This document shows, piece after piece, positions 21,041 to 30,115 of a stretch of 47,208 bases of DNA. Both the position numbers and the translations under genes were made by a program. The stretch is from Crocinitomicaceae bacterium. Its GTDB lineage: Bacteria > Bacteroidota > Bacteroidia > Flavobacteriales_D > Crocinitomicaceae. The number at the start of each line of letters is the position of its first letter. Position 1 is the first letter of the stretch. The DNA is taken from contig JALRIV010000001.1 of assembly GCA_023255275.1 (NCBI GenBank), forward strand, positions 1 to 47,208. Direction: 5' to 3'. A model generated the notes under the pieces. That model made no database searches, had not been told where the DNA came from, and was given only the letters and a program-made list of their open reading frames with translations.

Positions 21041-21088
21041 CAAAAACAGAATTAGTCGATGTCTCTTTTTTTTTGGCTTCAAATTTGT

Positions 21089-21096
21089 TACATTTG
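21089..21096 (+). promoter_or_regulatory. -7 promoter box TACATTTG, 4 nt upstream of the ATG at 21101
   Basis: Perfect TAnnTTTG followed by the spacer aatc and then ATG. Confidence 0.5.
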
Positions 21097-21100
21097 AATC

Positions 21101-22177
21101 ATGCATATGATCAAATCTATCCTCTTTGTGCTTATTTGTTCACAAAGTTTAAGTCAAAAAGTGGTCCCTTTTGTTGATTTTAATCAATTTTTCAAAACTT
21201 TTGAAAATGGGTTTTTTAAGCAATTGGAATTTCAACCCATTAGAGATTTTAAAGCAGGAGATGATTTTGTAGCCTACACCGATACAAGAGGTAATTTGAG
21301 GATTTACGATGGTGTTGAACGAAAAGATATTTCGAATATGCTGTTTACATATCAAGTTTCCGATCATTTAATGGCCTACAATATCGGTCCTACCTTGAAC
21401 TTATGGGATGCGGGTAAATTACAAACGCTAACCTACAACTCCAAAGAATATGTGGTAAAGGACAGTATTGTGGTTTATGAGGATACCCGTTACAATTCGG
21501 TAAATGTCTACTGGAGAAATAAAAAAACACCCATTTATAATGTGACAGGTGATTTATATATGCCAAAAGCAATAGGGGATAATATAGTGGTTTACAAGGA
21601 TAATGGAGATTTTTACAAGATTTTTTATAAAGGTGAATTTTACAACATTGGAGTTTGGATTGGTGATATTCAATTTTCAGTTGGAACAGATGTGTTAGCC
21701 TACAATGATCCAATTACCAGAACATTTACCGTTTTTTACAAAGGAAAATTCTTTGATGCAGAAAGTTTGTTTATGCAAAAATTCAAAGCGGGTAGGGGTT
21801 TTGTTGCTTATGAAGATGCCAATGGCAATTTGTGTCGATTTACCACCTCGAAGGAAATGGTTTCCGATTTTTCTCCCAGATTTTGGGATGTTAATGATGA
21901 TGTCATTTTATGGGATGAGAATGCAAGAATGCATGCTTATTCTAAAAACGGAGTCCACGAGGTGTCCAACTTTATTCCCAAAGATTATAAGATCAAAAAC
22001 AATGTGGTGGCATTTCGAAATATTTACGGAGGTGTAAGTGCATTAGTAGATGGAAAAGTTCATGAAATCACCAATGTCAATGATGCTGAATATGAGATTT
22101 ATGGAAATACCGTTTTAGTCAAAATGTTTAATTACAACTACATCGTTTTGTCAGATGGCAAGAAATACACCAATTAA
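21101..22177 (+). CDS. Secreted repeat protein, about nine 35-40-aa beta-rich repeats (uncharacterised, propeller-like)
   Basis: 358 aa with signal peptide MHMIKSILFVLICSQSLSQ. A repeated unit [hydrophobic]-V/L-A/V-Y-x-D-x(2-4)-G/N-x-L/F-x-I/V-F/Y-x-G is seen in FVAYTDTRGNLRIYDG, LMAYNIGPTLNLWDAG, IVVYEDTRYNSVNVYW, IVVYKDNGDFYKIFYKG, VLAYNDPITRTFTVFYKG, FVAYEDANGNLCRF, VILWDENARMHAYSKNG and VVAFRNIYGGVSALVDG. Confidence 0.6.
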   Translation: MHMIKSILFVLICSQSLSQKVVPFVDFNQFFKTFENGFFKQLEFQPIRDFKAGDDFVAYTDTRGNLRIYDGVERKDISNMLFTYQVSDHLMAYNIGPTLNLWDAGKLQTLTYNSKEYVVKDSIVVYEDTRYNSVNVYWRNKKTPIYNVTGDLYMPKAIGDNIVVYKDNGDFYKIFYKGEFYNIGVWIGDIQFSVGTDVLAYNDPITRTFTVFYKGKFFDAESLFMQKFKAGRGFVAYEDANGNLCRFTTSKEMVSDFSPRFWDVNDDVILWDENARMHAYSKNGVHEVSNFIPKDYKIKNNVVAFRNIYGGVSALVDGKVHEITNVNDAEYEIYGNTVLVKMFNYNYIVLSDGKKYTN

Positions 22178-22269
22178 GGTGTTCAGATTAAAAAATAAAC
22201 AAGATTACTGGCTTTTTATTTTGTGTCAAAACAAAAGAAAAAATTGAAATAAAAATGACATTTATATCT

Positions 22270-22277
22270 TATCTTTG
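22270..22277 (+). promoter_or_regulatory. -7 promoter box TATCTTTG upstream of the DUF4494-pdxH-M16 string
   Basis: Perfect TAnnTTTG, 29 nt upstream of the ATG at 22307. Confidence 0.45.
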
Positions 22278-22306
22278 TCTTCTAAAAATAATAAAAAAAT
22301 AGCGTA

Positions 22307-22903
22307 ATGAATAATTGGTTCACCGTAAAAGTAAAATATACAAAACAATTAGAAAATGGTTCTTTCAAAAGAGTGACGGAGCCCTATTTATTAGCATCAA
22401 TGACCTTTACGGATGCCGAAGCAAGAATTTATGAAGAATTGGGTTCAGTTATTCGAGGTGAATTCAATGTGGTAGGAATTGCCAGAACAGAAATCCACGA
22501 CATTTTCGCTTATGATGATGTAGATACATGGTTTAAATGTAAAGTGACCTATGAACGAGTTGATGGGGAAGGTGAGGGTGAATCCAAAAAGAAAGTTGCA
22601 CAAAACTTTTTAGTTTCAGCGAGCAATATCAAGCAAGCATACGATCGTATTCAAGAATCGTTATCTACTTTGTTGGTTGATTTTTCAGTACCTTCCATTA
22701 CCTTATCCCCGATTGTAGAGATCTTCCCTTATGCAGAACAATTGGATCGAGAAATTAGCAGAACTCCTATTGAGGAAATAAACGATTTATCTGTAGGAAA
22801 TGGAAAAGTGTTCACCGCATCAGGTTCAGATTTAGATGATGATTTCATCGATGAAGATGAAGCGATGAGCGAATTAACGGATGAGTATTCAGACGAAGAT
22901 TAA
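22307..22903 (+). CDS. DUF4494-like protein with internal duplication and acidic C-terminal tail
   Basis: 198 aa. Two homologous halves begin WFTVKVKYTK... and WFKCKVTYER..., each ending in an A-x-x-RI-x-E-x-L helix. The C-terminal 50 residues are strongly acidic (DLDDDFIDEDEAMSELTDEYSDED). DUF4494 assignment is from recall. Confidence 0.6.
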   Translation: MNNWFTVKVKYTKQLENGSFKRVTEPYLLASMTFTDAEARIYEELGSVIRGEFNVVGIARTEIHDIFAYDDVDTWFKCKVTYERVDGEGEGESKKKVAQNFLVSASNIKQAYDRIQESLSTLLVDFSVPSITLSPIVEIFPYAEQLDREISRTPIEEINDLSVGNGKVFTASGSDLDDDFIDEDEAMSELTDEYSDED

Positions 22904-22905
22904 GC

Positions 22906-23550
22906 ATGGAAGATTTTTTAGAGGATATTAAAAATGATCATCGAGACTTTGATCAAGGTAAACTAGAGGGGAATTTTGGATCAACTCCTTTCGAGTTATT
23001 TCAAAAATGGTATCAAGAGGCATTTGAAACTAATCAAGTTGAATTTAACGCCTTTTCGTTAAGTACGGTTGATCAACAAGGACAACCCAGTTCTAGAATC
23101 TTATACTTGAAGGAACTGATTGATGAGCATTTTGTGTTTTATACCAATTATGAATCTCATAAAGGACAAGACTTAGCGCGAAATCCAAAAGCAAGTATGT
23201 TGTTTTTCTGGCCAGGTTTACAGCGTCAATTGCGAATTGAGGGGACTGTTGAGAAGGTGGAAGAAGCTGTTTCGGATGCTTACTTTGCAAGTAGACCAAG
23301 AGGAAGCCAGATTGGTGCTTGGGCTTCTAAGCAATCGGAATGGCTTGAAGATCGTTCTGAATTGGAACATAAGGTCGCAGCCTACGCGGAAAAATTTCCG
23401 GATTTGGTTCCACGTCCAGCGCATTGGGGAGGATATCAATTGAAACCGATTTTGGTAGAGTTTTGGCAAGGTAGACCATCCCGACTTCACGATCGTATCG
23501 TTTATTTCTTCGAAAACGGTCAGTGGCACGTTCAACGAAAAAATCCTTAA
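22906..23550 (+). CDS. pdxH: Pyridoxamine 5'-phosphate oxidase
   Basis: 214 aa. It begins 2 nt after the previous stop. PNPOx motifs are present (RILYLKELIDEHFVFYTNYESHKG, RQLRIEG, EFWQGRPSRLHDR), with the typical C-terminal W-x-x-x-R-x-x-P ending. Confidence 0.92.
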   Translation: MEDFLEDIKNDHRDFDQGKLEGNFGSTPFELFQKWYQEAFETNQVEFNAFSLSTVDQQGQPSSRILYLKELIDEHFVFYTNYESHKGQDLARNPKASMLFFWPGLQRQLRIEGTVEKVEEAVSDAYFASRPRGSQIGAWASKQSEWLEDRSELEHKVAAYAEKFPDLVPRPAHWGGYQLKPILVEFWQGRPSRLHDRIVYFFENGQWHVQRKNP

Positions 23551-23553
23551 TTT

Positions 23554-24789
23554 ATGGCATTTGAACCTCAGGTTTTCACTCTTTCCAATGGAATAAAAGG
23601 GGTTTATTTACCAAATCAAAGTGAAGTTTCTCATTTGGGGATCACATTTTTAACGGGATCTCGTTTTGAAACAGAAAAAGAGATGGGAATTGCCCATTTT
23701 TTAGAACATTGTATTTTTAAAGGGACAACCAAAAGAAAAACGTATCACATTCTTTCTCGATTAGATGCTGTTGGTGGAGAACTAAATGCGTATACCGCCA
23801 AGGAGGAAATGGTGGTTTATGCTTCTTTTGTGAAAGAGCACTTAAAACGTGCCATTGAGCTCCTGGCAGACATTGTGATGAATTCCAATTTTCCCATCAA
23901 AGAAATTGAGAAAGAAAAGGAAATTGTTTTGGATGAAATCAATTCCTACTTAGATAGTCCGAGTGATAAAATTTTTGATGATTTTGAATCTTTAATATAC
24001 CCGAATCATTCATTAGGATACAATATTCTCGGAACCCCAGAAACGGTAAAGTCGTTTACTCGAGAGGATTTGTTGCAATTCATGAAAAAATATTTCGTTA
24101 CTGGAAATATGGTCATTTCATATGTTGGAAATATTCCCTTAACGAAGTTGATCAAATGGTTGTCGATTTACTTCAAAGATATGCCTGTCGGACCAAAAAA
24201 CGATCAGTTTTTTGCCTTTCATTCGCCTGTTGCTCAAGTAAAAAGGGAAAAGGCATCCAATTATCAAGCACACGTGATTATCGGAGGTATGGCGCCATCT
24301 TATCTGGATGATGACCGAAGAGCTATGACTTTGTTAATCAATATTTTAGGAGGTCCTGCTTTAAATTCAAGATTAACCCTATTGATTCGTGAAAAACACG
24401 GTTTTGCATACAATGTTGAATCCAATTACACCGGATATGCCGATGGGGGATTTTGGAGTATTTATTTAGGTACAGACGAAAAAAATGTGAACAAAGCCAT
24501 TAAATTGGTCTATAAAGAAATCAAACGCATTGTCCAAGAGCCACTTACGGTGAAGCAATTAAATCAAGCAAAAGAACAATTGATTGGCCAAATTGCATTG
24601 GGTATGGATTCCAACGCAGGATTGATGCTTGGGTTAGGTAAAAGCTTATTATTTTTCGATCAAATTGATACGATTCAAGATATACATAAAGAAATCGACG
24701 CACTTACAGCGGAAGACTTATCCAAGGTAGCAGCGCGTTATTTCGATTTCAAGCACATATCCGAATTGGTCTTTGAATTGGCTAATTAA
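23554..24789 (+). CDS. M16-family zinc peptidase (cytoplasmic type, no signal peptide)
   Basis: 411 aa with zinc motif HFLEH followed by CIFKG. It begins 3 nt after pdxH. Confidence 0.85.
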   Translation: MAFEPQVFTLSNGIKGVYLPNQSEVSHLGITFLTGSRFETEKEMGIAHFLEHCIFKGTTKRKTYHILSRLDAVGGELNAYTAKEEMVVYASFVKEHLKRAIELLADIVMNSNFPIKEIEKEKEIVLDEINSYLDSPSDKIFDDFESLIYPNHSLGYNILGTPETVKSFTREDLLQFMKKYFVTGNMVISYVGNIPLTKLIKWLSIYFKDMPVGPKNDQFFAFHSPVAQVKREKASNYQAHVIIGGMAPSYLDDDRRAMTLLINILGGPALNSRLTLLIREKHGFAYNVESNYTGYADGGFWSIYLGTDEKNVNKAIKLVYKEIKRIVQEPLTVKQLNQAKEQLIGQIALGMDSNAGLMLGLGKSLLFFDQIDTIQDIHKEIDALTAEDLSKVAARYFDFKHISELVFELAN

Positions 24790-26750
24790 TTACGAATAAT
24801 TAGTTTTCTAATCGCTTCACTTTGGTTTACGTTTCTAATTTCTAGAATATACATACCTTGCTGAGGAATTTGTAATTTGAAATTTCCCATGATGGATTTT
24901 TCCGAAGCGATTATTTGTCCTTTACTGTTATACAATACGTATTCATTTTCGAATTGTTGGTTTACCTTGACATTAAAGACACCATCTAAGGAAGGGTTGG
25001 GGTAAATTGAAATGGTGTTTTCATGTTGTAATTCTTCACTTTTTGCAGTAAAGTTGGCATCTTTTATAATCGAACCAATTTTATTGATGATCCAATTATT
25101 AGGGTCGATCACTAAAAAGTTAACCGTTTTCGTATTTGGAATGTAAAATTGACTTTGATTAGAATTGATGGCCACACGAATAATGGTATCTCCAATTGCA
25201 CCGCGTTGTAATTTAATCTCTAGATCATTAGTAAAGGTTGGAGTAGTTCCGGGTTTGGATGCTGTATGTGTAATTTCCAATAAAAGATCATTTCCAATCG
25301 TATTAAATTTTGCGCTGTACGTTGGATACCCTTCTCCATAATACCACTGTTCAAAAACAGGATTAAAATCTACAGTAGAAACATTTTCCAATTCCATCTT
25401 TACATCACTCGCCATAGCAAATGAATCCGCATAATTCACTTGATAATTTTTGAGCGCTTGAAAAAATGCATTGTCATCGTTGAGCATAAAACGCATGGTA
25501 TGCACAATGGCAGCACCTTTATCATATACTAAACGACCGTTGAAAATACTGGCATCACTCAAACTATCAAGTACCCAAACGCTTCCTCCTGCAGCACTCA
25601 TAATGTTATTGTGTCGATCTAGCATGTCTTGTGCTTTTTGACTCGGGTAGAGGTTTTCTAGCATCAGATACTCTGCATAGGATGCAAACCCTTCGTTTAC
25701 CCAAATATCTGTCCATGAAGCACACGTTACATGGTCTCCGAACCATTGATGTGCTAATTCGTGAGCCGTTAAACTTTTTTCAAAAAATCCTTGTGTAGTC
25801 ATGGTTTGGTGTTCCATACCGCCAGATAGAGGAGCCATGCAATGACCGTATTTTTCATTTGCAAAAGGGTATAATCCAAATTGGGTGCTAAATAAGTTCA
25901 AAAAAGCTACCGTTTCATTGATCTGATTCTGGAAATTTGTCAAAGTATTCGGATTGTTGTAAATAAAGTTTTGAATAGGAATAGGTTGTGTTGAACCAAT
26001 CGGATTTGCGTAAATGGTATAATCGATATATTCGGCTACAGCCACAGAAATCAGGTAATAAGCGATAGGGTGGCGGTGAAACCATTCATAGCGCGTAAAT
26101 CCATTGCCTAAGTCGACCACTTGTTCAAGAACACCATTCGAACCAGCTTTACATGTGCTCGGTACGGTGATTTTTACTGAAACGGAATCAATTTTATCTT
26201 TTAGGGATTGTTTACAAGGAAACCATTCGTAGGCTGCAAAAGGTTCAGAAAGGGACCAGGTAACCTGATTTCCCCAACTTGGTGATGAAGCATTCGTCAT
26301 CCCAGATCCTCCAAGAGGATTCGTTGCTGCGGTTGGTGGGGTTCCGTTATAATCAACTAAAATGATAAAGTTTTCATTCGCAAGAGCATTGACAGGTACT
26401 TTTATGGCCGAATTTATTCGAGAGTAGTTGACAGGGTTTCCATTCACCAAAATTGCGTTTATGGTAAAAGAACTGAATAATTCAAATAAGGCAGAATCAA
26501 GGATTTGATTGGTACTTGCATGAATGGATACTTTACCACTAATCGAAGTGTTCAGATTCGTCATGTTTAAATCAAGAGCATAAAAATGAACATTGTATTT
26601 CTCAGTTTCGGTGATTTGAGCCATCGTAAGCGAGTTACTTTTCGCCTGTGTGTTTTTAAATTTTGAAGCACATGAATAGGGTTTTGTGTCTTGTGAAAAT
26701 AAAGTTAAACTTCCTATAAAGGTGATTGCTAAGAAAAGGTATTTGTTCAT
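24786..26750 (-). CDS. M1-family aminopeptidase with T9SS C-terminal sorting domain
   Basis: 654 aa with a signal peptide. It has the exopeptidase motif GGMEH (GxMEN variant) and the zinc motif HELAHQWFGD...WVNEGFASY (HExxH-18-E). The last roughly 80 aa (ISIYPNPSLDGVFNVKV...MYILEIRN...IRKLIIRN) resemble a Por/T9SS CTD. Confidence 0.85.
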   Translation of the reverse strand: MNKYLFLAITFIGSLTLFSQDTKPYSCASKFKNTQAKSNSLTMAQITETEKYNVHFYALDLNMTNLNTSISGKVSIHASTNQILDSALFELFSSFTINAILVNGNPVNYSRINSAIKVPVNALANENFIILVDYNGTPPTAATNPLGGSGMTNASSPSWGNQVTWSLSEPFAAYEWFPCKQSLKDKIDSVSVKITVPSTCKAGSNGVLEQVVDLGNGFTRYEWFHRHPIAYYLISVAVAEYIDYTIYANPIGSTQPIPIQNFIYNNPNTLTNFQNQINETVAFLNLFSTQFGLYPFANEKYGHCMAPLSGGMEHQTMTTQGFFEKSLTAHELAHQWFGDHVTCASWTDIWVNEGFASYAEYLMLENLYPSQKAQDMLDRHNNIMSAAGGSVWVLDSLSDASIFNGRLVYDKGAAIVHTMRFMLNDDNAFFQALKNYQVNYADSFAMASDVKMELENVSTVDFNPVFEQWYYGEGYPTYSAKFNTIGNDLLLEITHTASKPGTTPTFTNDLEIKLQRGAIGDTIIRVAINSNQSQFYIPNTKTVNFLVIDPNNWIINKIGSIIKDANFTAKSEELQHENTISIYPNPSLDGVFNVKVNQQFENEYVLYNSKGQIIASEKSIMGNFKLQIPQQGMYILEIRNVNQSEAIRKLIIRN

Positions 26751-26824
26751 TGTTTAAAGTTTTAGTGAAAATAAATCAAAAAAAGGATTTAAAACTCAAT
26801 TCGTCAAATTATTGATTAAACGGT

Positions 26825-26853
26825 AAAAAAAAAGCCACTTAAAAGTGGCTTTT
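26825..26853 (-). terminator. Rho-independent terminator after the TonB-dependent receptor gene
   Basis: The minus strand reads AAAGCCACT-TTTAA-AGTGGCTTT followed by TTTTTTT. It begins 3 nt after the stop at 26857. Confidence 0.8.
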
Positions 26854-26856
26854 CGA

Positions 26857-29190
26857 TTAAAAAGTATAATTTATTCCGAATGAAGGAAGGAACGGGAATT
26901 GGTAGATGATTTTTGAACTAACACGGTTGACATAGAATATATTATTTCTGTTGTATGCGTTAGTTACACTTGCAATGACCTCTAATTGAGTTTCATTCTT
27001 GAATTTAAATTGTTTTTTAACCGTAATATCTAAACGGTGATAGTAAGGAAGTCTCTCTGAGTTAAATTTACCAAGAATGGTAGAAACGTTATTTGGATTG
27101 TTGGTAACATAATTAGAGGTTACTCCTTGGTTAAAGTTTTCAGCTTGGTAGAAGCCTGCAGTTGGCGTGAATGGTAAACCTGAACCAAGATTCCAACGAA
27201 CGTTTAATTCTAAGGTTTTTTTCTTTCCAAATAAGTAAGATCCTACAAGGTTGATGTTGTGTCTACGATCAAAAACAGGGAAATACTCTTGGAATCCATC
27301 CCATCTTTTATTGTAACCTAAGGAATAAACACCCCATAAAAATAATCGGTTTTTGTTGTATTTTAATAACACATCAGCCCCATAAGACTGTCCGGATTCA
27401 ATAATGAAATCCTTTTTATAGACGTCGTCAATGTTTGCAAATTGTGCCACATCTTCATATAGCTTGTTTTGATTGATATTACTCAATTGGGTGAAATATT
27501 TGTAGTATCCTTCCACATTTAAGGACCAATTTTTATTTAAATCGTATTCTACTCCAAAAATACCATGCCAAGCGTATTGCAACCCATTGCGCACTTCTCG
27601 CTCTTTTCCATCGATGGTGGTAAATTTAGATTGCACATTCTGTGGAGCGGATAATAATCCGTTAAACAAATTGACCACATCTTTATCGGAGGAAGCAGAT
27701 GTGAAGTTTTGAGAGAATCTACCTCCAGACATTTTGAATCGAAGGCGTTCTGTGGCGTTGAATTTAATCCCTAACCTTGGTTCAGGAGAAATGACACCCA
27801 AGGAAGCATAGGCTTGTACTCTGAAACTAGGGTTGATGACAAATCGCTTAGTGACTAATTTGTAACTCATGTAAGCCGTAATTTCTGTGGTGAAATTATC
27901 GATGGCAATTCTTCTTTTCAATTCGTTGTAGGTTTCGAAAGAAGTGCTAAAACCATTAAAACTGAATCCATAGTCCAATTGACTTTCATTTCTTAAAAAC
28001 TTCGTGAAGTCAAATCCCATATCAAATCCCCCGATACTGCTTGTACGTGGCTCAACATTTTGCTCTCTGAAAGTCGTTGTATAGCCACTACCATTGACAT
28101 GTCCTTTAATAAAGATGGATGAACCTGCAGGAACTAAAATAAAATTCAAACCACCACCATAAGCTTTCCACGTTAAATCTGCAACATCATAATGCACACT
28201 GTCTAAGTTGTAAAATCCAAATACGCTTACTTTAGAACTATTTCCTGAGTTAAAGGTGATTTTACCATATAAATCCGTAAAGTTAAATGGCATCCCGTTT
28301 CCATCGTTGACATTGCGGTATAGGGATTTTGAAGTGTAATCCAATAAAGAGTGTTTTGCAGAGAATACGTAAGACGCATTAGAAGGTGTTCCATCTTTTC
28401 GTTTTGAAAAAGGTCCTTCTAAAACAACTTTTGCTAAGAATGGAGATGCGGAAATTTTACCTCCAAATTTGGTTCGGTTTCCATCGCGATAGGAAATATC
28501 CATGATTGATGAAATTCTACCTCCATATTTCGCATCGAAACCTCCTGTATAAATATCTACGTTTTTGACCAATTCAGTTTCGAAAATGGAGTAGAAACCA
28601 ATGGAATGAAATGGATTATAAATCGTCATTCCATCTAATAAAATTTTATTTTGAATAGGCGTTCCTCCACGCACGTAAAGTTGTCCACCTTGGTCACCCG
28701 TGGTCACGACACCTGGAGTTACAGAAAATGCACCAACAATATCGTTTTCGGCTCCAACACTTGGAATTCGCTCAATTCCTTTTTTATCCAATTTGATTTG
28801 AGACATACCCACATCCGTCTTCTTTTTCTTAGATTCCGCCGATACATCGACTTGTCCTAGTTCTTTGATGTTCGATTTTTTCAAATTGATCTTGACATCT
28901 ACAATTCCTTTTGCGTCTTTAACTACGATATTTTCAACAAAAGGCATGGAACTACTATGGTCAATTTTGAAGATGTACGATCCTTTTTCAACTTTAGGAA
29001 TCGTAAAAAAACCATTCACATCTGAAATAGCTCCACTGACAAAAGAACTATCTTTTGCGTTTAAAAGGCGGACTTTTTCAAAGCCAACAGCTTCACCTTT
29101 AGCGTCGTAGATAAATCCTCGAATGGAAACGTCTTGTGAAAATGAGAAGTAGGTAATGATTAATGTTGCAAGCGTAATGTAAAATTTCAT
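26857..29190 (-). CDS. TonB-dependent outer-membrane receptor with N-terminal CarboxypepD_reg-like domain
   Basis: 777 aa with a signal peptide. The N-terminal Ig-like domain reads VSIRGFIYDAKGEAVGFEKVRLLN...GFFTIPKVEKGSYIFKI. A plug region (LYVRGGTPIQNKILLDGMTIYNPFH) and a beta-barrel ending in an aromatic residue (GINYTF) follow. No SusD-like partner gene is adjacent. Confidence 0.88.
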   Translation of the reverse strand: MKFYITLATLIITYFSFSQDVSIRGFIYDAKGEAVGFEKVRLLNAKDSSFVSGAISDVNGFFTIPKVEKGSYIFKIDHSSSMPFVENIVVKDAKGIVDVKINLKKSNIKELGQVDVSAESKKKKTDVGMSQIKLDKKGIERIPSVGAENDIVGAFSVTPGVVTTGDQGGQLYVRGGTPIQNKILLDGMTIYNPFHSIGFYSIFETELVKNVDIYTGGFDAKYGGRISSIMDISYRDGNRTKFGGKISASPFLAKVVLEGPFSKRKDGTPSNASYVFSAKHSLLDYTSKSLYRNVNDGNGMPFNFTDLYGKITFNSGNSSKVSVFGFYNLDSVHYDVADLTWKAYGGGLNFILVPAGSSIFIKGHVNGSGYTTTFREQNVEPRTSSIGGFDMGFDFTKFLRNESQLDYGFSFNGFSTSFETYNELKRRIAIDNFTTEITAYMSYKLVTKRFVINPSFRVQAYASLGVISPEPRLGIKFNATERLRFKMSGGRFSQNFTSASSDKDVVNLFNGLLSAPQNVQSKFTTIDGKEREVRNGLQYAWHGIFGVEYDLNKNWSLNVEGYYKYFTQLSNINQNKLYEDVAQFANIDDVYKKDFIIESGQSYGADVLLKYNKNRLFLWGVYSLGYNKRWDGFQEYFPVFDRRHNINLVGSYLFGKKKTLELNVRWNLGSGLPFTPTAGFYQAENFNQGVTSNYVTNNPNNVSTILGKFNSERLPYYHRLDITVKKQFKFKNETQLEVIASVTNAYNRNNIFYVNRVSSKIIYQFPFLPSFGINYTF

Positions 29191-29281
29191 TATTTAGGTC
29201 TTTTTTAAGAACGTGAATTTAATATATAATTTCGATAAAGCGTTAAAAATTCATAAATCATTTTTTATCCGTATTGCTCAT

Positions 29282-30061
29282 TTATTGTGCTGTATCTTTA
29301 AGTGCAACTTTGGCTAAATTCCAGTAGGCGTCCATTTCTGATAAATTCATGTTTTCAATCGTGCGTTGATCTTCCTTAATCTTTTGCTCCATCCATTGAA
29401 AACGATTGATGAATTTTTGATTGGTTTTCGCTAGGGCATTTTCAGGATTGACATGAATGAATCGTGCGTAGTTGATCAACGAGAATAAGACATCGCCGAA
29501 TTCTTCTTCGATATGCGGTGAGTTGGATTCCACTTCGATTTGTAATTCTTGAATTTCCTCTTTAACTTTTTCAAAAACTTGGGTTGAATTTTCCCAATCA
29601 AACCCAATGCCTTTAACTTTTTCTTGAATGCGAGTGGCTTTGACCATGGCAGGGAGGGATTGAGGAACCCCTTCAAGAACGGAATTTTTTCCTTCTTTTA
29701 GTTTTAATTTTTCCCAGTTCGCCTTCACCTCTTCTTCATTTTGCACTTCGATATCACCATAAATATGTGGATGTCGGTGAATTAGTTTCTCACAAATGGC
29801 GTTTAAAACGCTGGTCACATCAAATGCATGCTGTTCTTCTCCTAATTTGGAGTAAAAAACCAGGTGAAGGAATAAATCACCAATTTCCCCTTGAATTTCC
29901 TTCATGTTTTTATTGGTGATGGCGTCTGCTAATTCATAGCATTCTTCGATGGTTAATGGCCTAAGGGTTTCAAATGTTTGTTTTTTGTCCCATGGACATT
30001 TTTCCCTCAAATCATCCATGATGTTGAGTAATCTTTCAAAAGCCATTAATCGAGCATCCAT
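29282..30061 (-). CDS. mazG: Nucleoside triphosphate pyrophosphohydrolase MazG
   Basis: 259 aa with tandem MazG domains carrying ExxE motifs (TIEECYELADAI, EEFGDVLFSLINYARF). Typical N-terminus: FERLLNIMDDLREKCPWDKKQTFETL. Confidence 0.88.
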   Translation of the reverse strand: MDARLMAFERLLNIMDDLREKCPWDKKQTFETLRPLTIEECYELADAITNKNMKEIQGEIGDLFLHLVFYSKLGEEQHAFDVTSVLNAICEKLIHRHPHIYGDIEVQNEEEVKANWEKLKLKEGKNSVLEGVPQSLPAMVKATRIQEKVKGIGFDWENSTQVFEKVKEEIQELQIEVESNSPHIEEEFGDVLFSLINYARFIHVNPENALAKTNQKFINRFQWMEQKIKEDQRTIENMNLSEMDAYWNLAKVALKDTAQ

Positions 30062-30115
30062 AAGTGTTTAATTTGTTTTAAAATTACATTTTTTATTTCT
30101 TTTTGAATTTTTAAA

